From Octopus bimaculoides (lineage: Eukaryota), in contig NC_068991.1 of NCBI RefSeq assembly GCF_001194135.2, forward strand, positions 75,026,316-75,071,795: a stretch of 45,480 bases of DNA, in the 5' to 3' direction. Position 1 is the stretch's first letter. Every line of letters begins with the position of its first letter. Below, one piece after another: positions 35,083-45,480 of the stretch. The translations under genes and the position numbers were made by a program. A model generated the notes under the pieces. That model saw nothing but the letters and a program-made list of their open reading frames with translations. It did no database searches and had not been told where the DNA came from.

Positions 35083-35781
35083 TTTTTCCTTTTCTTCTTC
35101 TTCTTCTTCTTCCTAAGTTTGTTTTGTCCAGAATGCCAGAATCACAGAAGGGGTAAAACTTGCCGTTCACGCTATCTACAACGTAAGTGGAACTGGTGTA
35201 GCCGTTGAGCTTAGAATGACTGGAGTGGTCCAAAGTGTCGTGTCTGAGGTAGGCTCATTGATTGTAAGCTGGCTGGAAAACCTACATCTGTAAGGTAGTG
35301 AACCACCACACAGGACTATAAGGAAGGTCGACTTTATTGCGAAGGGAGGTTGAACAACGCTGAGCTCTCTGTCGGCCTTTCTTTCCATTCTACACCGGAA
35401 TTCTTCCACTAGTTGGTCTTATTATCTTCCGTAATAGTAGTAGTATTAGTCGCCATGCTGTGTTTCCCCGCAAAGTTGTTTATATATTTTTTTCTCTTCT
35501 TTCTTTCCCATTCATTCCTTCCCCACAGTTGTGCATCTTCCGGCTCTGCGAAACCACACCCACCACATCTCTCTCTCTCACTCTCTCTCTCCCACTATCT
35601 CTCTTCCTCCCCCTTTCTCTCTCACTTCTGTTTTCCTTCTTGTGTACACAGACGGTATTTTACTGTCTTTCTCTCTCTCTCTCTCTCTCTTTTCCCATTT
35701 TGCTTGGTGCCACACGTCGGTGATTCGGAAGAACAACGAATATCCTTCTAATCACACCTGATAGGGGATTATTTTCTATTT

Positions 35782-35828
<47 letters not shown>
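35782..35828. repeat. Long poly(A) tract followed by (GAAAAA)-type repeats
   Basis: Direct reading. Confidence 0.9.
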
Positions 35829-35830
<2 letters not shown>

Positions 35831-36006
35831 AAGAAAAAGAAAGAAAAAGAAAAAGAGAAATAGTGAAAGTGAAACAAAAAAAAACCCAATAGGAATAATA
35901 ACAATGAAGATGATTATGATGACAACGAAGATGATAAGTAATTTTCAGGGAAAGAGACAAGTCGATGACATCGACCCCAATACATAACTGGTACTTATTT
36001 TATGGA

Positions 36007-36039
<33 letters not shown>

Positions 36040-36360
36040 TCTTTTTATTATCGACGCAAGGACTGAAATTTTGTGGGAGGGAGGCTGTCGATTGCATCGA
36101 CCTCATTGCTCCCACTGATGCTTATTTCATCGAGATGATAACAATGGTGATGATGATGACGATGACGATGACAGCAATAACAACAACTACAATAACTATA
36201 ATGCATCAACAGAGCTGGAGTGATTTTATGAAACGATTCCTTCCCACCCCGAATCGCTTTCATGAGGAAATACTCCCACTACATAAAAATGCAGTTTAAA
36301 TGCAATTCTTCTTCTTCTTCTTCGAAGCGAGGCGGTGAACGGGGACGGGAGAGAAAATAA

Positions 36361-36408
<48 letters not shown>

Positions 36409-36529
36409 AAAAGTAAAAACTAACTTGTGTAGGTTTTTCCCAAACCATTTCACCTGGCACCAGCATCAATAACACAGCGGTTTAAACTATATATATATAT
36501 ATATATAATGTATGTATATATATTATTGA

Positions 36530-36742
36530 TAGATAGATAGACAGAAACAGACAGACAGACAGATAGATAGATAGACAGATAGACAGACAGACATCTAGAT
36601 CGATAGATAGACTGACAGACAGACAGCTAGATCGATAGATAGACTGACAGACAGACAGCTAGATCGATAGACAGACTGACAGACAAATAGATAGACAGAC
36701 AGGCAGCTAGATAGATAGATAGATGGATAGATAGACTGATAG

Positions 36743-36779
<37 letters not shown>

Positions 36780-36780
36780 A
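36530..36780. repeat. (GATA/GACA)n with 32-bp higher-order unit
   Basis: CTAGATCGATAGATAGACTGACAGACAGACAG at 36595, 36627, 36659 (third partly diverged). Confidence 0.9.
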
Positions 36781-36882
36781 GCTAGACAGGTGTACTCGCA
36801 TATATGCACCGGCGTACACTTGCATAAGTTTAAGCAGACTATTCATACCGCGCGCACACACCTGTTGAAAAAAGTTGAGGAT

Positions 36883-36916
<34 letters not shown>

Positions 36917-37710
36917 GTAGTAATAATGATAATCTCGAATTCCTTTTTGGTGTGGATTCCCCAAGGTATAACCATATAAAAATGCGAAAGCCAAGGAAAT
37001 GACAAGACTTCGACCGACTTCACTAAACATGTGGATTTTAAATAGTAATTTCCCACTACATGCCTAATCAATGAAATATACCTAAACCTTGCATACGCAC
37101 ACACACACACACACACACATGACGCTGTATGCAATATCTCTGTGTGTGCGTGTGCGCTAACACGCGTACATTTCTGTTGATTCCTTGAGAAGTGATCCGT
37201 TGTGAAACTATAGAGATTTTGTTTTTTCTTCTTTATACATTATAAAATCGAACGGTTCATTATTGAGTTGTCCGTTTCCGATCATTCAACCTGCTTCGTA
37301 ATTCTTGAATTACCTGTTTGAATATATTTTGGAATATTCTTATAAAAAATGATGCTTCTTTTAATAACTAAAAAAAGCACACACTTATATGTATAAACTT
37401 TATATAACTTATATAAACATACATACGTACATACATACATACATACTGTTGTCTCTTTGGTGAGTCATTCTCTTTTGGTTCCTTATAATTTAACGCACTC
37501 ACCGGTAAAATTTCCACTTTTTTATTATTACTTTTCGTTGCTAATTGCAACCTTTTCAAAATAATAATAATAATTATTATTATTATAAAAAGAAGTAATA
37601 AGTGGAAATTGTACCGGTGAGTGTGTTAAATTATAAGGTACCAAAAGAGATTGACTCTCCAGATACAACAGAATATGCTTCAACACACGAACTCACATAA
37701 ATCCAAAAGC

Positions 37711-37801
<91 letters not shown>

Positions 37802-38849
37802 GTAGATAGATAATACAGGTGTGTGCGTCACGTAGAGAAAGACTCATGTTAAAAGGAAGGATTGGTGAACATTTTTACGTAATTATTAAAGTTTTATCAG
37901 AAAAATTTGATAGTGAGTTCGAAGTCATCGAGGAAAGTGGCAACTTTGACATCTCTGTCTACAGCCATCCGTCCGTCTGCGCATATGTCCGTCAAATCGT
38001 CTGTGTGTATGTATGCATACATGCACGTGTGTTTGTATGGTTATATGTATGTAGGAATGTGCGTGTGTGTGCATATGTATGTATGTATGTATATGTGTGT
38101 TGTGCATACACGTGTGTTGTTTATTAATTTAATTTCCAAATATGCAGCTAAGATCCATTCACATATTTTTTTTTCTTTCCCCAAGCAAACACTTTTACAA
38201 ATTGAATTTCAATCCGATCAAATTGGCGGCTTTTATTTGCTATTTTAATCATTAAAATATTTACCCAATTCTTTTCTAACTTTGCTCTGTTTAAGTTCCT
38301 TCCACGCACCTTGCTCTTTCTCCAAAGCAATTCTTAGTTTACATCAAACAAAAACAATATCCACCTCCACCTACACACACACACACAGACGCACACACAG
38401 ACGCACACACATGCTGCATCTGTGTGTGTATATATTTGTGTGTATGAAGGTTTGTATTTATGTAGGTGTACGTGTGTATACAGGTACGTGTGTATCCGTG
38501 TTTATGTATGTGCATACGTCTGTTTCTGCGCAAGTATGCGTGTGTATATGTATATATATGTTTCCGTGCATGGGCGCACGTTTGTGTGTATTCAGGTATT
38601 CCTGCTCGTCTGTATGTATGCATGCATATGTGTATGTGTATGTGTATGCTGTCTTTGGCCATTGTGGTACTGAAGCCGGTCGCTCACAGATTCCGAAGGT
38701 TTTTTTTTTTTTAAAGTTACAAATAACTGAAGAAGAGTATTGGCATCGGAATTGACTGGTGAGTCCGTGCCGGCGCACGAAACTCTCGGACCTTGAGTCA
38801 CTCTCTTACGTCTACTAAATACATATGTGTGTGTGTACGTGCGTGTATA

Positions 38850-38922
<73 letters not shown>

Positions 38923-38940
38923 GTGTGTATGTATGTATTC

Positions 38941-39150
38941 TTTTATTCTTTGATTTGTTTCAGCCATTTGACTGCGGCCATGCTGGAGCACCGCCTTTAG
39001 TCGAACAAATCGACCTCCAGGACTTATTCATTGTCACCCTTGTACTTATTCTATCGGTTTCTTATGCCGAACCGCTAGGTTACGGGGATGTAAATACACC
39101 AACACTGGTTGTCAAACGATGGCGGAGGGACTCAGACACAAACACACACA

Positions 39151-39193
<43 letters not shown>

Positions 39194-39363
39194 GTATATT
39201 ACGACAGACTTCTTTCAGTTTCCGACTACCAAATCCACTCACAAGGCTTTGGTCGGCCCGAGGTTATAGTAGAAGACATGTCCAAGGTGCTACGCAGTGG
39301 AACTGAACCCGGAACCATGTAGTTGGTAAGCAAGCTACTTACCACACAGCCACTCCTACGCCT
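38941..39363 (-). mobile_element. tRNA-derived SINE, family B (~420 bp, central TA/TG microsatellite), full length and young
   Basis: Minus strand head AGGCGTAGGAGTGGCTGTGTGGTAAGTAGCTTG...CCGGGTTCAG, CORE-like CACCTTGGACA box, central (TG)n, tail AAAGGCGGTGCTCCAGCATGGCCGCAGTCAAATGGCTGAAACAAATCAAAGAATAAAA; CpGs largely retained. Confidence 0.85.
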
Positions 39364-39428
39364 ATGTGTTTATAAATTTGTTTGTGTGCATGTGTGTGTG
39401 TATGTATATATATATATATATATATGTA

Positions 39429-39480
<52 letters not shown>

Positions 39481-39738
39481 ATATATATGCGTTTGCACTT
39501 TATTTGTTTGCATGTAAGCCATGAATATTAAAACAAAAGTATTAAACGTGAACATAAAAATAGAAGCAAAAAGCAAAATAAAGATTAAAAACGAAAAGGA
39601 AAAATGGAATTAATTTTTTATAAATATGAACTATTTTTTCGAACAGATGAAACAAATAGGAAACAAGACAACAACATAAAGAACGACCCTTCATCAGTTG
39701 TTGACTGTTTTTTCTACTTTCGTATTTCGAGCATTTAA

Positions 39739-39803
<65 letters not shown>

Positions 39804-40970
39804 CAGGTATCCATACATATATGCACATGTATATGTGTGTGTGTGTGTGTGTGAGTGAGGGATAAACGGAGAGAAAAAGAGAAAGATGCGTGTGTTCGAA
39901 GGAGGATCGTCTCCATGCTGAGGAAAACCAACAGATGTTAAAACGACTGCTGGAAAATGTATTAAACAACGCAACAGGAAACGTGAGAGAGAGAGAGAGA
40001 GTGAGAGAGAGAGAGAGAGGCAGACAGAGAGACAGACAGACACACACACGCGCCGAGTCACGAAGGCACGCACTTTATTCACGTAAACCGAAGCGCCGTG
40101 GAATGTGCACCGAATCACACACGCATATAATAAAGAAGGTTTAAAAAAAACACGTGTTTTGTTATCCATGGAAAAACAAAATAGATTTTATAACAAAAGT
40201 AACCACAAACACTGCTTTTAAGCGTATGTAATAAACATATACACCTGTAATTCCCTACCTCCACCCCCACCCCTGCGCCTTCTCTTTCTCTTTCGTTTCA
40301 CCTTTGATATTTTCCCTTGTTTATCTTAAACTACTATCTTTATTATCTTGCTAAAATTTTTGCGAAATTGGTTCTAAGTGTTGGCTCTTGTTGTTTTAGC
40401 CCTGGGCCAGTCTCGATGCAGGAAATCTATGGTCAAAATCCTATCTATATCGTTTTTTTTTTAAAGTTTTTTTCGTGCTTGTCTTTTTGTTTTTCTTTTG
40501 TTTTCCCAACTTAAAACGAGAGAGCGTGTGCCCGGTCGCTCGGTTTCTGCTAGAAATAGCAGCCAAGTCTTTCTCAAATGGCATTCTATCATTTTGACGA
40601 AGGAAAAAAAAAAAGTTAAATGCTTTTACTTGTTGCTGTTATTTAGCCACAGGTGCGCTCTGATCGACCGCGCCTGTAATCAAAGACATTCCAGCGTGAC
40701 CAACCATCCATTTTGTATATCAGAGACTACGATCCATATTGAGTTTCTCCTGTTACTTTTTTTTTTTTTTTTGGAAGTTTGCTTCTCACCCTGCTAATAG
40801 TAAGGATATTCTTTGAGGAACCCTTAGTTGCACTTTCTAGCAGATGGAGCGACCACATACAGGCTTTCTCGCTACTCCGTAATCATCGCTTCGTCATAAT
40901 AAACAAACGACTTTTCAGTTTACAGAGAACTTTCCAATAATAATAATAATGATAATGATAATAATAATAA

Positions 40971-41234
40971 ATTCTTTTATTAGCCACAAGGGCTCACATA
41001 CAAAAACATTAAATGACATGTAACAACATAAAAGACAAAAAAAACAGGACGTGTTAAACAATACAAATAACAATAAAAACAAAAATTCCCATTGGGGGTC
41101 GCTTTCAGGTCCTCGTGGAAAACCCCACAAAAACTCACGGGTGCCTGAACAACCGGGCAACAGCCCTCCCCTTTTTTTTTCTCTTTTACTGGTCTCTTCA
41201 AACTGGCCGTTCTTCCAACATTCACCCACCTTTC
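40971..41234 (-). mobile_element. 3' end of a LINE, probably L1/Tx1-like, in an (ATT)n tract
   Basis: Minus strand ERWVNVGRTAS then a UTR ending GGCTAATAAAAGAAT-(TTA)n; UTR segment GTTCAGGCACCCGTGAGTTTTTGTGGGGTTTTCC resembles the 22.65-22.7 kb copy. Clade assignment from memory. Confidence 0.5.
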
Positions 41235-41320
41235 AACAACAACAACAACAATAATAATAATGATTATGATGATTTCGGATCACGTGACGTATAATTGTTA
41301 ATTAAAAGGGGGGATGGATT

Positions 41321-41359
<39 letters not shown>

Positions 41360-41677
41360 CTCTTTTGGCCGATTAAGCGTGGTGATAGTATCAACGTTCC
41401 TATTTTAGCGTTATTTTAGTCTTTTCTAAACGAGCTTTAACTGTTGTTTTATGTAACGCAGCTGTGACCGGAATCATTAAAACTGTTAAAAGTTTCAGGT
41501 AGGAAATTAAAGGACGGTGGTGGGCAGTGGGTTTGTTGTCGGTTTTCGATAGGTAAACGTTTTGACAGACTCTCTTCAGTAGGAATGAATAATGAATTGA
41601 AGGCTGGCGGCATGTCAGAATGGACAAGTTTCCCTCCACTTCGTGTTGGCAATCGCGTCAGCTGTTTCTGTTGACAA

Positions 41678-41717
<40 letters not shown>

Positions 41718-41850
41718 GGGGGGGGGGAAGTCTGCTAGTCAGACATAACTTATCGTTTCCTTCATCTGCTTGATTTTGTTGTTAATGTTATTCTGTTTCT
41801 TTCTTCCTTCTTCGCATCGTCGTCGTCATCATCATCATCGTCATCGTCAT

Positions 41851-42982
41851 CGCCGTGAGCTTGCTGGACGAATCGTAATTGCGCCGGACAGAAATGCTTA
41901 GCGGTATTATCTCATCCGACTTACGTTCTGAGTTCAAATTCCGCCCAAGTCAACTTAGCTTTTTCATCACCCTGGGATCAAAAAAATGAAGCGCCGGTCA
42001 GTCACGTATTGGAAAGTGATGGTATCGACTACCCTCTCGTCACCCCCACCATACACGTTCCTCTCGAAATTGCCGGCCTTGTGCCATTACTGTTTGACTG
42101 AATCGTTCGAGCGTCGGACAAAAAGGTTTAGCGATATTTCTTTTTCCGGCACTTTTCATTCTGAATTCATAAGCTGTCGACGTCGACTTAGCCTTTAACC
42201 CTTTCGAGTTCGATAAAATAAACACCAAGTTTCCCCAAAGTTTCTGGCCTCGTGCCAAGATTTGAAAGCAATATTATCGTTATCATTCTTGTAAAGGCCG
42301 GCGCGATGGCAGAATGGTTAGCACGCCGGGCGAAATGCTTAGCGGTATTTCGTCTGCCACTGTGTTCTGAGTTCAAATTCCGCCGAGGTCGACTTTGCCT
42401 TTCATCCTTTCGGGATCGATAAATTAAGGACCAGTTGCGCACTGGGGTCGATGTAATCGACTTAATCCGTTTGTCTGTCCTTGTTTGTCCCCTCTGTGTG
42501 TGGCCCCTTGTGGGCAGTAAAGAAATAGGTATTTCGTCTGTGGTTACGTTCTGAGTTCAAATTCCGCCAAGGTCGACTTTGCTTTTCATCCTGTCTGGGT
42601 CGATAAATTAAGTACCAGTTATGTACTAGGGTCCATCCAATTAACTGGCCCCCTCGCCCAAAATTTCGAATCTTGTGCCTAGAGTAGAAAAGAATATTTT
42701 CTTTCGGTGGGGTCGATTTGATCGACTAGCTCCCTCCCTCAAAATTTCGGGCCTTGTGCCTAGAGTAAAAGCTGGCGAGACGGCAGAATGGTTAGCACAC
42801 CAAGCATAATGCTTAGTGGTATTTCGTCTGTCGCTACGTTCTGAGTTCAAATTCCGCCGAGGTCGACTTTACTTTTCATCCTTTCAGGGTCGATAAAATA
42901 AGTACAAGTTGAATACTGGCGTTGATGTCATCGACTAGTTCCCTCCCCCCAAATTTCAGGTCTTGTGCCTATATTAGAAAGG

Positions 42983-43021
<39 letters not shown>

Positions 43022-43227
43022 ATAATAAGGTGACGAGTTGGCAGAAGCGTTAGAGCGCCGGGCACCTGGCTTCTTACGTTCTGAGTTCAAATCTGATCGA
43101 GCTCGACTCTGCCTTTTATCCTTTTGGAGTGGGACGATAAAATAAGTACCAGTTGCAAACTGGGGTCCGATATAATCGACTAAACCCCTCCTCTTAAATT
43201 TGTTGGCCCCTGTGCTAAAATTAGAAC
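41851..43227 (+). mobile_element. Cluster of about seven same-strand family A SINE copies and fragments, partly nested
   Basis: Copies near 41851-42085, 42150-42267, 42295-42690 (with nested 42357-42527), 42709-42770, 42771-42982, 43028-43227; TTCTGAGTTCAAAT recurs five times. Confidence 0.85.
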
Positions 43228-43457
43228 TATTAGTATTGTTGTTGTTATAACGACATCCTTCATCAATAGGATGTTCGATTATTTAGCGAACATTTCCTGG
43301 TGCACTAAAATTGTTACTACTACTACTACTGCTGCTGCTGTTAGTCGTGCATTTGCATAGAGCAATGCAACGGAAGCCTGTCGTATGTAGTCCTTGGGAA
43401 TTGTTAAATATTGAAATAGTTGTTTGCTTTCTATCAACAGCTGGTGCTCCGATGGTG

Positions 43458-43508
<51 letters not shown>

Positions 43509-43814
43509 TATGTGTGTGTGTGTGTGAGAAAGAGAGAGAGAGAGAGAGTGCGCAGTAGACGCATGTATACAAACATTCGCACGCTGCAACCAACACGTGC
43601 GCGCGCACTTTGTCGACGAACTATAATAATAATAATTATTGTTAGCATAGTTAACTAATTTTCTTCTTTCTCCCCGATAACGACTGACAGTGACTTCGAA
43701 GTGTCGCCGGTTGTGTTGCACTCGGAAATACTGACAATAAAATCGTGAAGAACAAAACAAAATTTTGAAAATACGAAGAACAGCCAAGACTCTTAAAGGA
43801 AACGAAAGTATAAA

Positions 43815-44747
43815 AGTCGGCTGTCGTTCGCTTCGCAAACCACGTGTTCTTGAGTTCGGTCTCGTTGCGCGGCACCCTTGAGCAGATGTCTTCTACTATA
43901 GGCCCGAACCGACCAATTCCTGGGAAATGAAAGATATGCGAAAGCCCATGGATGTCTTTGAGTTGGCCACTCTCACCCCATCGCCTTAAAGCAGTGTTGC
44001 TTTGTTTTCGTCCCCGTAACCTAAAGTTCGGCACAAGAGAATGATAGAATGAGTACCTGATCGCCCCCTAAAAAAAAAAAAAAAAGAAAATGAAATGAAA
44101 GTAATAAAAACGATGCCAGTAGATGAATCGATTTGCTTGAATTAAGGCGGTGCACCAGCATGGCCGTAGTCCATTCGCAGAGATGAGTAAAAAAATAAAA
44201 TTGTATAGGCACCAGCATACCTGCGTGGCACGGAAATTACTTCCTGCTTCCCAACCACATGGTGGCACCTTGGGTAGGTGTCTTCTAATATAGCCTCGGG
44301 CTGACCAAAGCCTTGTGATTGGATTTGTTAGACGGAAACTGAAAGAAGCCCGTCGTATATATGTTTCTGTGTGTGTGTCTATGTTTGTCCACCCACCATC
44401 ACTTGACAACCGATGCTGGTGTGTTTATGTCCCCGTAACTTAGGCTTACAAAGAATAAGTTCTGGGGTCGATTTGTTCGACTAAAGGCGGTGCTCCAGCA
44501 TGACCGCAATCAAATGGCTGAAACAAAAAAATAATAATTGGTGCGTGTGTTTGTTCTTTTAGCTTGACAGCCACTGTTGGTTTGTTTACGTTCTCGTAAC
44601 CTAGCGGTTTGGCAAGGCGGCCGATATAATAAGAACCAGACTAAATTTGAATAAAACATACAAAAAAAAAGTAGGGTTCATTTGTCCGAGTACCTTCTCC
44701 AAGACAATGCTCCAGCATGGCCGCAGTAAAATTGCTGAAACAGGTAA
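43815..44747 (+). mobile_element. Three tandem same-strand SINE family B copies (about 43815-44195, 44207-44530, 44562-44747)
   Basis: Each carries the (G)GCGGTGC(T/A)CCAGCATG(G/A)CCG tail block (44147, 44476, 44708); the first two also carry the GTCTTCTA(C/A)TATAG body block. Confidence 0.75.
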
Positions 44748-45159
44748 TAGTAAAATATATGCTTAGACAAACGAAACCTATATACCAGTTTCACAACCGG
44801 CGATTGTTTTCAGGAAAGGTGTATCTAGGACTATGTTGTTCAATGTGCTTTGACTTTGAATTTGTTTCCAGTTTCGTTATTCAAATTTACGGTTGTGCTT
44901 TGATGGCGACGGTGGTATGACTGCTATTTCTAGCAAATTGGGCGACCACGCAAAGGGGTTCCCTTGTCAGGTCTGCCGACTTTTATATAATATCCGTGTT
45001 TAGAGAGGGAGGAGGGCGAGAGAGACTGTTACACTATTATCATTTGTTAGCAGGCTGCGTGTAGCTAAGAGTTATCGCTTGTTGGAATGTTTACTCACGC
45101 GCTTGCGTGCAACATCTCGCGCGGAGGCCTGTATTGTTTTTGAAGTGAAACTTTGTACG

Positions 45160-45251
45160 AATCCATCCGTCCGTCCGTCTGTCTGTCTGTCTGTATTCAA
45201 TTCGATCTGTCTATCTATCTGCCTGTCTATCTGCCTATTCAATTCGATCTG

Positions 45252-45290
<39 letters not shown>

Positions 45291-45328
45291 GCCTGTCTAT
45301 CTGCCTATTCAATTCGATTTGTCTATCA

Positions 45329-45390
<62 letters not shown>
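45160..45390. repeat. (TCTA/TCTG)n with recurring TATTCAATTCGAT module
   Basis: Module at about 45194, 45236, 45305 within tetranucleotide repeats. Confidence 0.9.
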
Positions 45391-45480
45391 AAGGGCGGAA
45401 GCAATAAGGTATAGCAGGGCACTAGCTGTAGAGAGGAACAGAGCAGAGGGGGAGCTAGTGATAAAGTTAGAAGAGGCATT

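Noticed and set aside
35039-35409. Minus-strand ORFs of 64 and 77 aa
   Set aside because: Non-ATG starts in the track, run into GA repeats, no homology recognised.
39630-39705. Minus-strand CTGATGAAGGG resembling the hammerhead signature
   Set aside because: No credible stem II partner next to a GAAA, no stem III or stem I pairing.
41540-41585. Minus-strand CTGAAGA...AAAACGTTT
   Set aside because: G12 absent, stem II weak, stem I unpaired; too degenerate to call.

Overview
AT-rich, microsatellite-dense eukaryotic genomic DNA with seven N-gaps. The SINE repertoire and (TA/CA/GA/ATT/GATA)n load point to a cephalopod, most likely Octopus (inference, not database-checked). There is one convincing protein-coding gene: a single-coding-exon rhodopsin-class peptide GPCR on the minus strand (7358-8500) of the myosuppressin-receptor/DMSR-1 type. 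The rest is non-coding and mostly mobile DNA: several tRNA-derived SINE families, hAT-like and piggyBac-like MITEs with intact TSDs, and remnants of R4/Dong, CR1-group and probable Tx1-like LINEs. The most notable signal is three minimal type I hammerhead ribozyme folds of the Penelope-associated kind with a short palindromic stem III. Two sit in the tails of a head-to-head tRNA-SINE dimer that is flanked by a single 12-bp direct repeat (31498-32078). The third sits in the middle of an element with ~73-bp terminal inverted repeats (20664-21020). Also seen: a SINE nested in its own family with a 13-bp duplication, a same-strand SINE pile-up (41.8-44.7 kb), and a step in CpG density near 27.7 kb. 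All alignments and folds were done by eye; repeat boundaries without a TSD are approximate.
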